DNA from: Narcine bancroftii
Lineage: Eukaryota
Length of the DNA: 64,000 nucleotides
Direction of reading: 5' to 3'
Assembly: GCF_036971445.1 (NCBI RefSeq)
Contig: NC_091476.1
Coordinates: 58,900,001-58,964,000, forward strand
Positions 44,425 through 57,981 of this stretch are shown here, piece after piece. Each line of letters opens with the position of its first letter. The first letter of the stretch is position 1. Below the pieces are notes generated by a model that was given only the letters and a program-made list of their open reading frames with translations, was not told where the DNA came from and did no database searches. The position numbers and the translations under genes are program-made.

Positions 44425-45420
44425 GGCCCAGCCTCCCCAGTACTCCAGGCCCAGCCTCCCCAGTACTCCAGGCCCAGCCTCCCCAGTACTCCAGGCCCAG
44501 CCTCCCCAGTACTCCAGGCCCAGCCTCCCCAGTACTCCAGGCCCAGCCTCCCCAGTACTCCAGGCCCAGCCTCCCCAGTACTCCAGGCCCAGCCTCCCCA
44601 GTACTCCAGGCCCAGCCTCCCCAGTACTCCAGGCCCAGCCTCCCCAGTACTCCAGGCCCAGCCTCCCCAGTACTCCAGGCCCAGCCTCCCCAGTACTCCA
44701 GGCCCAGCCTCCCCAGTACTCCAGGCCCAGCCTCCCCAGTACTCCAGGCCCAGCCTCCCCAGTACTCCAGGCCCAGCCTCCCCAGTACTCCAGGCCCAGC
44801 CTCCCCAGTACTCCAGGCCCAGCCTCCCCAGTACTCCAGGCCCAGCCTCCCCAGTACTCCAGGCCCAGCCTCCCCAGTACTCCAGGCCCAGCCTCCCCAG
44901 TACTCCAGGCCCAGCCTCCCCAGTACTCCAGGCCCAGCCTCCCCAGTACTCCAGGCCCAGCCTCCCCAGTACTCCAGGCCCAGCCTCCCCAGTACTCCAG
45001 GCCCAGCCTCCCCAGTACTCCAGGCCCAGCCTCCCCAGTACTCCAGGCCCAGCCTCCCCAGTACTCCAGGCCCAGCCTCCCCAGTACTCCAGGCCCAGCC
45101 TCCCCAGTACTCCAGGCCCAGCCTCCCCAGTACTCCAGGCCCAGCCTCCCCAGTACTCCAGGCCCAGCCTCCCCAGTACTCCAGGCCCAGCCTCCCCAGT
45201 ACTCCAGGCCCAGCCTCCCCAGTACTCCAGGCCCAGCCTCCCCAGTACTCCAGGCCCAGCCTCCCCAGTACTCCAGGCCCAGCCTCCCCAGTACTCCAGG
45301 CCCAGCCTCCCCAGTACTCCAGGCCCAGCCTCCCCAGTACTCCAGGCCCAGCCTCCCCAGTACTCCAGGCCCAGCCTCCCCAGTACTCCAGGCCCAGCCT
45401 CCCCAGTACTCCAGGCCCAG
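44425..45420. repeat. Homogeneous block of about 43 copies of CCTCCCCAGTACTCCAGGCCCAG
   Basis: Apparently identical monomers over about 1 kb. Confidence 0.95.
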
Positions 45421-46711
45421 CCGCACCAGTACTCCAGGCCCAGCCGCACCAGTACTCCAGGCCCAGCCGCCCCAGTACTCCAGGCCCAGCCGCCCCAGTA
45501 CTCCAGGCCCAGCCGCACCAGTACTCCAGGCCCAGCCTCCCCAGTACTCCAAGCCCAGCCTCCCCAGTACTCCAAGCCCAGCCTCCCCAGTACTCCAAGC
45601 CCAGCCTCCCCAGTACTCCAAGCCCAGCCTCCCCAGTACTCCAAGCCCAGCCTCACCAGTACTCCTGGCCCAGCCTCACCAGTACTCCTGGCCCAGCCTC
45701 ACCAGTACTCCTGGCACAGCCTCACCAGTACTCCAGGCCCAGCCTCACTAGTACTCCAGGCCATCCTCCACTAGTACTTCAGGCCAGGCTTCACTAGTAC
45801 TCTAGTCCCAGCTCCCCTCGTACTTCAGGCCAGCTACACTAATTCTCCAGGACCAGCCACACCAGTTTTCTAGACACAGTCTCATTAGTGCTCCAGTATC
45901 AGCCTCAACAGAACTCCAGGCCTTGCCACTCTCGTCATCCAGGCTCACGCTCACCTGATCTCCAGTCCCAGCCTCACCAGTACACCAGGACCAACCTCAG
46001 CAGTGCTCCAGGCCTGGCCACTCTAGTACTATACATCCAGCCTGACCAGTACTCCAGGCCAAGCATTACTAATACTCCAGAAGAAACATCACAAGCACAC
46101 CAGGCATAGATTCATTAGAACTTCAGGCACGGCATCAGCAGTAGCCCAGGCTCTGCATCAGTAGTACACCAAGCCCAGTCCCACCAGTACTCCTGTCGGG
46201 GCCTCCCCGGTGCTCCGGGCGGCGCCTCCCCAGCACTCCAGGCCAAGCCTCCGCAGCACTCCAGGCCCGGCCTCCCCAGCACTCCAGGTCCGGCCTCCCC
46301 AGCACTCCAGGCCAAGCTCCACTATTACTTCAGGCCAGGCTTCACAAGTACTCTAGTCCCAGCTACCTCGTACTTCAGGCCAGCTACACTAATTCTCCAG
46401 GACCAGCCACACCAGTTTTCTAGACACAGTCTCATTAGTACTCGAGTATCAGCCTCCCCAGTACTCCAGGCCCAGCCTCCCCAGTACTCCAGGCCCAACT
46501 CCACTAGTACTTCAGGCCCGGTGTCACTAGTACTCCTGGACTAGCCTCACGAGTTCCCTAGGCTCAGCCACATTGGTACTCCTGTATCAGCCTCACAAGA
46601 ACTCCAGACCTTGCCCTTCTAGTCATCCAGACTCACCCTCACCTGATCTCCAGTCCCAGATTCACCAGTACTCCACGCCCAGCCTTACCAGAACTCCAGG
46701 CCCAGCCTCAG

Positions 46712-47530
46712 TAGTACTCCAGGCCCAGTCTCACTAGTACTCCAGGCCCAGTCTCACTAGTACTCCAGGCCCAGTCTCACTAGTACTCCAGGCCCAGTCT
46801 CACTAGTACTCCAGGCCCAGTCTCACTAGTACTCCAGGCCCAGTCTCACTAGTACTCCAGGCCCAGTCTCACTAGTACTCCAGGCCCAGTCTCACTAGTA
46901 CTCCAGGCCCAGTCTCACTAGTACTCCAGGCCCAGTCTCACTAGTACTCCAGGCCCAGTCTCACTAGTACTCCAGGCCCAGTCTCACTAGTACTCCAGGC
47001 CCAGTCTCACTAGTACTCCAGGCCCAGTCTCACTAGTACTCCAGGCCCAGTCTCACTAGTACTCCAGGCCCAGTCTCACTAGTACTCCAGGCCCAGTCTC
47101 ACTAGTACTCCAGGCCCAGTCTCACTAGTACTCCAGGCCCAGTCTCACTAGTACTCCAGGCCCAGTCTCACTAGTACTCCAGGCCCAGTCTCACTAGTAC
47201 TCCAGGCCCAGTCTCACTAGTACTCCAGGCCCAGTCTCACTAGTACTCCAGGCCCAGTCTCACTAGTACTCCAGGCCCAGTCTCACTAGTACTCCAGGCC
47301 CAGTCTCACTAGTACTCCAGGCCCAGTCTCACTAGTACTCCAGGCCCAGTCTCACTAGTACTCCAGGCCCAGTCTCACTAGTACTCCAGGCCCAGTCTCA
47401 CTAGTACTCCAGGCCCAGTCTCACTAGTACTCCAGGCCCAGTCTCACTAGTACTCCAGGCCCAGTCTCACTAGTACTCCAGGCCCAGTCTCACTAGTACT
47501 CCAGGCCCAGTCTCACTAGTACTCCAGGCC
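46712..47530. repeat. Homogeneous block of about 35 copies of variant TCTCACTAGTACTCCAGGCCCAG
   Basis: Apparently identical monomers, each containing ACTAGT. Confidence 0.95.
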
Positions 47531-48129
47531 TATTTCACTCGCACTACATGTGAAGCATAGTACTCCAGGCCCAGCTTTAATAGTACTTCTGACCCACCAT
47601 CAAGAGCAATCCAGAACATTCTCACTAGTTCTCCAGGCCCAGTCTCACCAGTACTCCAGGTCTAGCCTCACCAGTACTCCTGGCCCAGCCTCACCAGTAC
47701 TCCAGGCCAAGCTCCACTAGTACTTCAGGCCAGGCTTCACTAGTACTCTAGTCCCAGCTCCTTCGTACTTCAGGCCAGCTACACTAATTCTCCAGGACCA
47801 GATACAGTCTCATTAGTACTCCAGTATCAGCCTCCCCAGTACTCCAGGACCAGCCTCCCCAGTACTCCAGGACCAGCCTCCCCAGTACTCCAGGCCCAGC
47901 CTCCCCAGTACTCCAGGCCCAGCCTCCCCAGTACTCCAGGCCCAGCCTCCCCAGTACTCCAGGCCCAGCCTCCCCAGTACTCCAGGCCCAGCCTCCCCAG
48001 TACTCCAGGCCCAGCCTCCCCAGTAGTCCAGGCCCAGCCTCCCCAGTAGTCCAGGCCCAGCCTCACCAGTACTCCTGGCCCAGCCTCACCAGTACTCCTG
48101 GCCCAGCCTCACCAGTACTCCTGGCCCAG

Positions 48130-48369
48130 TGTTGAGCTCGTCGAAAGAACCAAAGACTTGTTGATCCAAACCAAGGCTTTTATTAGCAAAAGACCGGAGC
48201 TCTTCACAGGTGGCCGACCAGTCCGGAATGATCCGACCTGGCTAGGGACACAACCCTTTAAGGCCCAAACAATAGGTGTGGCTTAGCTCTCAGCCAATCG
48301 CTGTAAGCACAGTCTAGATACAGTAACTATATACACTATGTACATTGGTGATAGATCTGTACTATCACA
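48130..48369 (-). mobile_element. 240-bp solo LTR (Gypsy- or BEL-like) inserted in the satellite
   Basis: TG...CA termini; 5-bp TSD CCCAG (48125-48129, 48370-48374); AATAAA on the minus strand at about 48179. Confidence 0.88.
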
Positions 48370-51300
48370 CCCAGCCTCACCAGTATTCCAGGCCCAGCTT
48401 CCCCTGTACTCCAGGCCCAGCCTCACCAGTACTCCAGGCCCAGCCTCACCAGTACTCCAGGCCCAGCCTCACCTGTACTCCTGGCACAGCCTCACCAGTA
48501 CTCCAGGCCCAGCCTCACCAGTACTCCAGGCCAACCTCCACTACTACTTCAGGCCAGAATTCACTAGTACTCTAGTTCCAGCTCCCCTCGTACTTCAGGC
48601 CAGCTACACTAATTCTCCAGGACCAGCCACACCAGTTTTCTAGACCCAGTCTCATTAGTACTCCACTATCAGCCTCAGCAGAACTCCAGGCCTTTCCCCT
48701 CTCATCATCCAGGCTCACGTTCACCTGATCTCCAGTCCCAGCCTCACCAGTACACCAGGACCAATCTCAGCAGTGCTCCAGGCCTGGCCCCCTCTAGTAC
48801 TATACGTCCAGCCTGACCAGTACTCCAGGCCAAGCATTACTAATACTCCAGAAGAAATATCACAAGCACACCAGGCATAGATTCATTAGAACTTCAGGCA
48901 CGGCATCAGCAGTAGCCCAGGCTCTGCATCAGTAGTACACCAAGCCCAGTCCTACTAGTACTCCTGTCGGGGCCTCCCCGGTGCTCCTGGCGGCGCCTCC
49001 CCAGCACTCCAGGCCAAGCCTCCCCAACACTCCAGGTCCAGCCACCCCAGTACTCCAAGCCCAGCCTCCCCAGTACTCCAGGCCCAGCCTCACCAGTACT
49101 CCTGCCCCACCCTCACCAGTACTCCAGGCCGAGCCTCACGAGTACTCCAAGCCCAGCCTCCCGAGTACTCCAGGTCCATTCTCACCAGTACTCCAGGCCC
49201 AGCCTTACCAATACTTCTGGCCCAGACTCACCAGTACTCCAGACCCAGCCTCGCCAGGACTCCAGGCCCGGCCTCCCCAGCACTTCAGGTCCAGCCTCCC
49301 CAGTACTCCAGGCCCAGCTTCCCCAGAACTCCATGCCCAGCTTCCCCAGTACTCCAGGCCCAGCCTCCCCAGTACTCCAGGCCCAGCCTCACCAATATTC
49401 CAGTCCCAGCCTCCCCAGTACTCCAGGCCCAGCCTCACCAGTACTCCAGGCCCAGTCTCACCAGTACTCCAGGCCCAGCCTCGCAAGTACTCGAGGCCAA
49501 GCTCCACTAGTACTTCAGGCCAGGCTTCACTAGTACTCTAGTCCCAGCTCCCCTCGTACTTCAGGCCAGCTACACTAATTCTCCAGGACCAGCCGCACCA
49601 GTTTTCTAGACCGAGTCTTATTAGTACTCCAGTATCAGCCTCAGCAGAACTCCAGGCCTTGCCCCTCTCGTCATCCAGGCTCACGCGCACCTGATCTCAA
49701 GTCCCAGCCTCAGCAGTACACCAGGACCAGCCTCAGCAGTGCTGCAGGCCTGGCCCCTCTAGTACTATACGTCCAGCCTGACCAGTAATCCAGGCCAAGC
49801 ATTACTAATACTCCAGAACAAACATCACAAGCACACCAGGCATAGATTCATTAGACCTTCAGGCACGGCGTCAGCAGTAGTCCAGGCTCTGCATCAGTAG
49901 TACACCAAGCCCAGTCCCACCAGTACTCCTGGCGGGGCCTCCCCGGTGCTTCTGGCCCGGCCTCCCCGGTGCTAGTCGCCTGGCCTCCCCGGTGCTCCTG
50001 GCCCGGCCTCCCCGGTGCTCCTGGCGCGGCTTCCCCGGTGCTCCTGGCCCGGCCTCCCCGGTGCTCCTGGCCCGGCCTCCCCGGTGCTCCTTGCGCGGCC
50101 TCCCCGGTGCTAGTGGCCGTGCCTCCCCGGTGCTCCTGGCCCGGCCTGCCCGATGCTCCTGGCCCGGCCTCCCCGGTGCTCCTGGCCCGGCCTCCCCAGC
50201 ACTCCAGGTCCCGCCACCCCAGTACACCAGGACCAGCCTCCCCAGTAATCCAGGCCCAGCCTCACCAGTACTCCAGGCCCAGCCTCCCCAGTACTCCAGG
50301 CCCAGCCTCACCAGTACTCCAGGCCCAACTCCACTAGTACTTGAGGCCCGGTGTCACTAGAACTCCTGGACCAGCCTCATGAGTTCCCTAGGCTCAGCCA
50401 CATTGGTACTCCAGAATCAGCCTCACAAGAACTCCATACCTTGCCCTTCTAGTCATCCAGACTCACCCTCACCTGATCTCCAATTGCACATTCACCAGTA
50501 CTCCAGGCCCAGCCTCACCAGAACTCCAGACCCAGCTTCACTAGTACTTCTGACCCAGCATCAAGAGCAATCCAGGCCATTCTCACTAGTTCTCCAGGCC
50601 CAGCCTCACCAGTACTCCAGATCCAACCTCACCAGTACACCAGGCCCAGCCTCACCTGTACTCCAGGCCCAGCCTCACCAGTACTCCAGGACCAGCCTCA
50701 CTAGTACACCAGGCCCAGCCTCACCTCTACTCAAAGGCCCAGCCGCACCAGTACTCCAGGCCCAGTCTCCCCAGTACTCCAGGCGCAGCCTCACCAGTAC
50801 TCCAGGCCAGCCTCACCAGTACTCCAGGCCGAACCTCACAAGTACTCAAGGCCCAGCCTCACCAGTACTCCAGGCCCAGCCTCACCAGTACTTCAGCCCA
50901 GAGTCACTAGTACTGGACCAGCCTCACCAGTTCCCTAGGCCCAGCCACATTGGTACTCCAGTATCAGCCTCACCAGAACTCCAGACCTTGACCTTCTATT
51001 CCTCCAGACTCACGCTCACCTGATCTCCAGTCCCAGACCACCAGTACTCCAGGCCATCCTCACTAGTTCTCTAGGCCCAGCCTCACCAGAAGTCCAGGCC
51101 CAGCCTCAGTAGTACTCCAGACCGTCTCACTAGTACTCCAGGCCTATTTCACTCGCACTACATGTGAAGCTTCACCAGAACGGCAGGCCCAGCTTCACTA
51201 GTACTTCTGACCCAGCATCTAGAGCAATCCAGGCCATTCTCACTAGTTCTCCAGGCCCAGCCTCACCAGTACTCCAGATCCAGCCTCACCAGTACTCCAG

Positions 51301-54300
51301 GCCCAGCCTCACCAGTACTACAGGACCAGCCTCACTAGTACACCAGGCCCAGCCTCATCTGTACTCCAGGCCCAGCCGCACCAGTACTCCAGGCCCAGCC
51401 TCACCAGTACTCCAGGCCCAACTCCACTAGTACTTCAGCCCGGCGTCACTAGTACTCCTGGACCAGCCTCACCAGTTCCCTAGGCCCAGCCACATTGGTA
51501 CTCCAGAATCAGCCTCACCAGAACTCCAGAACTTGACCTTCTATTCCTCAGACTCACCCTCACCTGACTTCCAGTCCCAGACCACCAGTACTCCAGGCCA
51601 TCCTCACTAGTTCTCTAGGCCCAGCCTCACCAGTTCTCCAGGCCAAGCTCCACTAGTACTTCAGGCCAGGCTTCACCAGTACTCTAGTCCCAGATCCCCT
51701 CGTACTTCAGTCCAGCTACACTAATGCTCCAGGACGAGCCACACCAGTTTTCTAGACCAAGTCTCATTAGTACTTCAGTATCAGCCTCAGCGGAACTCCA
51801 GGCCTTGCCCCTCTAGTCATCCAGGCTCACACTCACCTGATCTCCAGACCCAGCCTCACCAGTAAACAAGGCACAGCCTCAGCAGTGCTCCAGGCCTGGC
51901 CACTCAAGTACTATACGTCCAGCCTGAGCAGTACTCCAGGCCCAGCATTACTAATGCTCCAGAACAAACATCACAAGCACACCAGGCATAGATTCATTAG
52001 ACCTTCATGCACGGCGTCAGCAGTAGTCCAGGCTCTGCATCAGTAGTACACCAAGCCCAGTCCCACCAGTACTCCTGGCGGGGCCTCCCCGGTGCTTCTG
52101 GCCCGGCCTCCCCGGTGCTAGTCGCCTGGCCTCCCCGGTGCTCCTGGCCCGGCCTCCCCGGTGCTCCTGGCGCGGCTTCCCCGGTGCTCCTGGCCCGGCC
52201 TCCCCGGTGCTCCTGGCCCGGCCTCCCCGGTGCTCCTGGCCCGGCCTCCCCGGTGCTAGTGGCCCTGCCTCCCCGGTGCTCCTGGCCCGGCCTCCCCGGA
52301 GCTCCTGGCCCGGCCTCCCCGGTGCTCCTGTCCGGGCCTCCCCGCTGCTCCTGGCCCGGCCTCCCCAGCGCTCCAGGCCCGGCCTCCCCAGCACTCCAGG
52401 TCCCGCCACCCCAGTACTCCAGGACCAGCCTCCCCAGTAATCCAGGCCCAGCCTCACCAGTACTCAAGGCCCAGCCTCCCCAGTACTCCAGGCCCAGCGT
52501 CCCCAGTACTCCAGGCCCAGCCTCACCAGTACTCCAGGCCCAACTCCACTAGTACTTCAGGCCCGGTTTCACTAGAACTCCTGGACCAGCCTCATGAGTT
52601 CCCTAGGCTCAGCCACATTGGTACTCCAGTATCAGCCTCACAAGAACTCCAGACCTTGCCCTTCTAGTCATCCAGACTCACCCTCACCTGATCTCCAGTT
52701 GCACATTCACTAGTACTCCAGGCCCAGCCTCACCAGAACTCCAGACCCAGCTTCACTAGTACTTCTGACTCAGCATCAAGAGCAATCCAGGCCATTCTCA
52801 CTAGTTCTCCAGGCCCAGCCTCACCAGTACTCCAGATCCAGCCTCGCCAGTACACCAGGCCCAGCCTCACCTGTACTCCAGGCCCAGCCTCACCAGTACT
52901 CCAGGACCAGCCTCACTAGTACACCAGGCCCAGCCTCACCTCTACTCCAGGCCCAGCCGCACCAGTACTCCAGGCCCAGCCTCCCCAGTATTCCAGGCGC
53001 AGCCTCACCAGTACTCCAGGCCCAGCCTCACCAGTACTCCATTCCCAGCCTCACAAGTACTCAAGGCCCAGCCTCACCAGTACTCCTGGCCCAGCCTCAC
53101 CAGTATTCCAGGCCCAGCCTCCCCAGTACTCCAGGCCCAGCCTCACCAGTACTTCAGCCCGGAGTCACTAGTACTGGACCAGCCTCACCAGTTCCCTAAG
53201 CCCAGCCACATTGGTACTCCAGTATCAGCCTCACCAGAACTCCAGACCTTGACCTTCTATTCCTCCAGACTCACCCTCACCTGATCTCCAGTCCCAGACC
53301 ACCAGTACTCCAGGCCATCCTCACTAGTTCTCTAGGCCCAGCCTCACCAGAAGTCCAGGCCCAGCCTCAGTAGTACTCCAGACCGTCTCACTAGTACTCC
53401 AGGCCCAGTCTCACTAGTACTCCAGGCCTATTTCACTCGCACTACATGTGAAGCTCCACCAAAACGGCAGGCCCAGCTTCACTAGTACTTCTGACCCAGC
53501 ATCAAGAGCAATCCAGGCCATTCTCACTCGTTCTCCATGCCCAGCCTCACCAGTACTCCAGATCCAGCCTCACCAGTACTCCAGGCCCAGCCTCACCAGT
53601 ACTACAGGACCAGCCTCACTAGTACACCAGGCCCAGCCTCACCTGTACTCCAGGCCTAGCCGCACCAGTACTCCAGGCCCAGCCTCACCAGTACTCCAGG
53701 CGCAGCGTCCCCAGTACTCCAGGCCCAACTCCACTAGTACTTCAGACCGGCGTCACTAGTACTCCTGGACCAGCCTCACCAGTTCCCTAGGCCCAGCCAC
53801 ATTTGTACTCCAGAATCAGCCTCACCAGAACTCCAGAACCTGACCTTCTATTCCTCAGACTCACCCTCACCTGACTTCCAGTCCCAGACCACCAGTACGC
53901 AAGGCCATCCTCACTAGTTCTCTAGGCTCAGCCTCACCTGTTCTCCAGGCCAAGCTCCACTAGTACTTCAGGCCAGGCTTCACCAGTACTCTAGTCCCAG
54001 ATCCCCTCGTACTTCAGTCCAGCTACACTAATAATCCAAGACTAGCCACACCAGTTTTCTAGACCAAGTCTCATTAGTACTCCAGTATCAGCCTCAGCAG
54101 AACTCCAGGCCTTGCCCCTCTAGTCATCCAGGCTCACGCTCACCTGATCTCCAGACCCAGCCTCACCAGTACACCAGGCCCAGCCTCAGCAGTGCTCCAG
54201 GCCTGGCCACTCAAGTACTATACGTCCAGCCTGAGCAGTACTCCAGGCCCAGCATTACTAATACTCCAGAACAAACATCACAGGTACACCAGGCATAGAT

Positions 54301-55967
54301 TCATTAGACCTTCATGCACGGCGTCAGCAGTAGTCCACGCTCTGCATCAGTTGTACACCAAGCCCATTCCCACCGGTGCTCCTGGCCCGGCCTCCCCGGT
54401 GCTCCTGGCCCGGCCTCCCCGGTGCTCCTGGCCCGGCCTCCCCGCTGCTCCTGGCCCGGCCTCCCCGGTGCTTCTGGCCCGGCCTCCCCGGTGCTCCTCA
54501 CCCGGCCTCCCCGGTACTCCAAGCCCATCCTCCCCAGTACTCCAGGCCCAGCCTCCCCAGTACTCCAGGCCCAGCCTCACCAGTACTCCTGCCCCAGCCT
54601 CACCAGTACTCCAGGCCGAGCCTCACCAGTACTCCAAGCCCAGCCTCCCAAGTACTCCAGGCCCAGCCTCACCAGTACTCCAGGCCCAACTCCACTAGTA
54701 CTTCAGGCCCGGTGTCACTAGTACTCCTGGACCAGCCTCACGAGTTCCCTAGGCCAAGCCACATTGGTACTCCAGTATCAGCCTCACCAGAACTCCAGAC
54801 CTTGCCCTTCTAGTCATCCAGACTCACCCTCACCTGATCTCCAGTCCCAGATTCACCAGTACTCCAGGCCCAGCCTCACCAGAACTCCAGGCCCAGCCTC
54901 AGTATTACTCCAAACCGTCTCACAAGTACTCCAGGACCAGTCTCACTAGTACTCCAGGCCTATTTCACTCGAACTACATGTGAAGCCTCACCAGTACTCC
55001 AGGGCCAGCCTCACCAGTACTCCAGGCCCAGCCTCACCAGTACTCCAGGCCCAGCCTCACCAGTACACCAGGCCCAGCCTCGCATGTACTCCAGTCCCAG
55101 CCTCACCAGTACACGTGGCCCAGCCTCAGCAGTGCTCCAGGCCTGGCCACTCTAGTACTATACGTCCAGCCTGACCAGTACTCCAGGCGCAGCATTACTA
55201 ATACTCCAGAACAAACATCACAAGTACAACATTAGAACTTCAGGCACGGCGTCAGCAGTAGTCCAGGCTCTGCATCAGTTGTACACCAAGCCCAGTCCCA
55301 CCAGTACTCCTGGACGGGCCTCCCCGGTGTTCCTGGCCCAATCTCCCCGGTGCTCCTGTCCAGGTCTCCCCGGTGCTCCTGGCCTGGCCTCCCCAGTGCT
55401 CCTGGCCCAGCATCCCCGGTGCTCCTGGCCCGGCATCCCTGGTGCTCCTGGCCTGGCCTCCCCGGTGCTCCTGTCCCGGCCTCCCCGGTGCTCCAGTCCC
55501 GGCCTCCCCGGTGCTCCTGTCCCGGCCTCCCCAGTGCTCCTGACCCGGACTCGCCGGTGCTCCTGGCCCGGCTTCGCCGGTGCTCCTGGCTCGGCCTCCC
55601 CAGCACTCCAGGCCCGGCCTCCCCAGCACTCCAGGACCCGCCTCCCCAGTACTCCAGGCCCTGCTTCGCCAGTACTCCAGGCCCAGCCTCACCAGTACTC
55701 CAGGCCCAGCCACATTGGTACTCCAGTATCAGCCTCACCAGAACTCCAGACCTTGCCCTTCTAGTCATCCAAACTCACCCTCACCTGATCTCCAGTCCCA
55801 GATTCACCGGTACTCCAGGCCCAGGCTCACCAGCACTCCAGGCCCAGCCTCAGTAGTACTCAAGACCGTCTCACTAGTACTCCAGGCCCAATCTCACTAG
55901 TAGTCCAGGCCTATTTCACTCGCACTACATGTGAAGCCTCACCAGAACTCCAGGCCCAGCTTCTCTA

Positions 55968-56655
55968 TGTGAGAGATGGGAAAACTGATCTAAAATTATG
56001 AACATGAAGGAAACTAAAATTCATACATCAGTTAATGGCTGTAACCAGTACAAACAGGATGAACTTGGGGATTAGGATGCAGGAAAGCAGAATCAGCACA
56101 ATTAACATAAGAATCTTCTAGTCTTTGTGACAAGACTAAGATAAGGAGTGGTAAGGAACAATAGAATGTAGGAAGTTGAGGTAGTCTGGAACAGATAAGG
56201 GTCTCCTAGCCCTGGACAGAAGTACCAAATCCTACATATCTAATTAGTTAACCTTACAGAGATTTATACATGTTAAATTAGCCAACCATAGAAAGGATGA
56301 GCCAACTCTGCATATCAAGAGACTGTAGCCCCGAGAATCAGGAAGATGTGAATAAGGACAATAACATGAAGGGACACCGACAGGTTACCCCCTGGTCCTC
56401 CAAGTATACTGAAATTGCACGTAGGCAGGCAGGATTGCCTAATGCCAAACCTCTCCAGCAGGAGGCAGAAGAATGTAAGGGGGAGGGTATTCCAATACTG
56501 AAATCAACTGTATAAAAGTTGGGTGAGCCCCAGTATATGTGTGTATTCCCAGGGTAAGGGGAAGCACCCAACTTTGCATTGTTGCTGTAATAAATGTTCT
56601 TTGTTCTCAATTTTTGTCTCGAGCAATTTCTTTAAAGGTACTTCTATTTCTAACA
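55968..56655 (+). mobile_element. ERV-B 5' LTR (688 bp)
   Basis: TGTGAGA...TCTAACA; TATAAAA at 56511-56517; AATAAA at 56589-56594; followed by PBS; homologous to 28324-29010. Confidence 0.93.
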
Positions 56656-56657
56656 AA

Positions 56658-56675
56658 TGGGGGCTCGCCCGGGAT
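56658..56675 (+). promoter_or_regulatory. Primer-binding site, tRNA-Pro
   Basis: TGGGGGCTCGCCCGGGAT, one mismatch from the MLV PBS-Pro TGGGGGCTCGTCCGGGAT, 2 nt after the LTR. Confidence 0.93.
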
Positions 56676-56850
56676 CACACTCCCTCCACTGACAGAGTAC
56701 CCCGACGACGAGAGTAGGTGCACCCCGGCTGATTCAGCTGGACTCACGGACGACGGGTGGCTGGTCAGTGGAAGAAGCGAGTGATATCCGAGAAGAGGCA
56801 TTGAGAACTAACGACGGAAGGAAGCGCGCTAGAGCATTCCTACTGGAACC

Positions 56851-56858
56851 CGGTAAGA
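56851..56858 (+). promoter_or_regulatory. Putative major splice donor of ERV-B
   Basis: CG|GTAAGA between the PBS and the gag ATG. Confidence 0.55.
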
Positions 56859-56880
56859 CAAATTTTACTTGCCTCTCAGA

Positions 56881-57981
56881 ATGGGAAATATGGGTAGCAA
56901 GGAAGAGAGTCCTGGTTCAGGATGTGAAGATCAGATAACTACATACAACCCGCCCGGGTTGATGTTATCTGAGTGGGGCACGGGAAGGACCCGTGGAAAG
57001 GACAAACTGACCATGGTCAGGTATTGTTGTAGGGACTGGGTTAAATACCCGATAAAAGGGAGCTCCGTGTACTGGCCAAAACTCGGATCCGAGATGACTG
57101 GATGTGTCAAGCATTGAACATCTGGCTCTATCAAAACCAGAGAGATAACCTAGAGAGCAGAGAATATGCAGCCTGCTGGCTTAGGGGATCATTTGATCAA
57201 TTGGTTTTGAAAGAAAAAGAGTACAAGGACAAGAGAGAGGAGGAACCTTTTGTCCCTGAACCACAAGGGTGGGATGTGTTACATTCCCTCCCTCCACCTT
57301 ATGTTCCTCCTATGCCGGCTCCTATCTTTCCTCCCCCTCCTATAACCTACCCTTCTGCACCTTCCCCACCTCCCCCACCACTAGAGAAGAGAGAAGAGAG
57401 CAGGAGTGGTATGATGACTCGCTCACAAAGCACTCGATTACCACCCCTGTTGACAGGAGAGAGAGGTAACTTTAATTCAGAACAGAGTGAGACTCTTCAG
57501 GAAGAAAGGGCAGAACCCTTTGATTCATTTCCCAGGGAGCAGGAACCCAGACCTAATAAGCTAGAAACCAACTGGATGAGACCACTGTGGGAAGTTCCCA
57601 TGGGAGAGGGTCTCGGTTTCGTAAATGTGCCCCTGACCAGTACTGAAGTGCGTAACTTTAAGAAAGAACTGACCTCACTGATAGAAGATCCCCAGGGATG
57701 TGCCGAACAGTTAGACCAATTTTTGGGACCAAATATATATACAATATGGGGGTCTCGACATAGAATCCCCAGCAGGGGAACAATTGGTACTAACTGGTTT
57801 TGTTACCAACTCAGTCCCAGACATTAGAAGAAAATTACAAAAGACAGAAAATTGGCATGAGCAGGGAATAACCCAGCTTCTACAGATAGCACAAAAAAGC
57901 ATTTGTCCAGACATCTGAGGATAAGCAGAAAGCAAAGGCTAAAATTTTAATGCAAGCAGTTAAAGGAATAGTAGATGAGTA
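56881..57981 (+). pseudogene. gag: ERV-B gag (MA, Pro-rich region, partial CA); frameshifted and internally deleted
   Basis: MG start; YWPKLGS / DWMCQALN..EYAACW; PPPY late domain; FVNVPLTSTEVRNFKKE..DP..QLDQFLGPNIYT; after a deletion at about 57744, YGGLD..FVTNSVPDIRRKLQK..KAKAK. Frameshift at about 57093. Confidence 0.9.

Noticed and set aside
44252-45797. 400-500 aa ORFs open in several frames on both strands (Pro/Ser-rich; Gly/Trp-rich)
   Set aside because: A stop-free 23-bp monomer gives the same 23-aa repeat in every frame; the period is not a multiple of 3.
28324-56655. Inversion mediated by the two opposite-orientation ERV-B LTRs
   Set aside because: Each LTR has its own local repeat context and flanks are not exchanged; the copies differ by many substitutions and indels.
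56658-56675. tRNA-Pro gene
   Set aside because: Only 18 nt complementary to the tRNA 3' end, located next to an LTR; this is a PBS.
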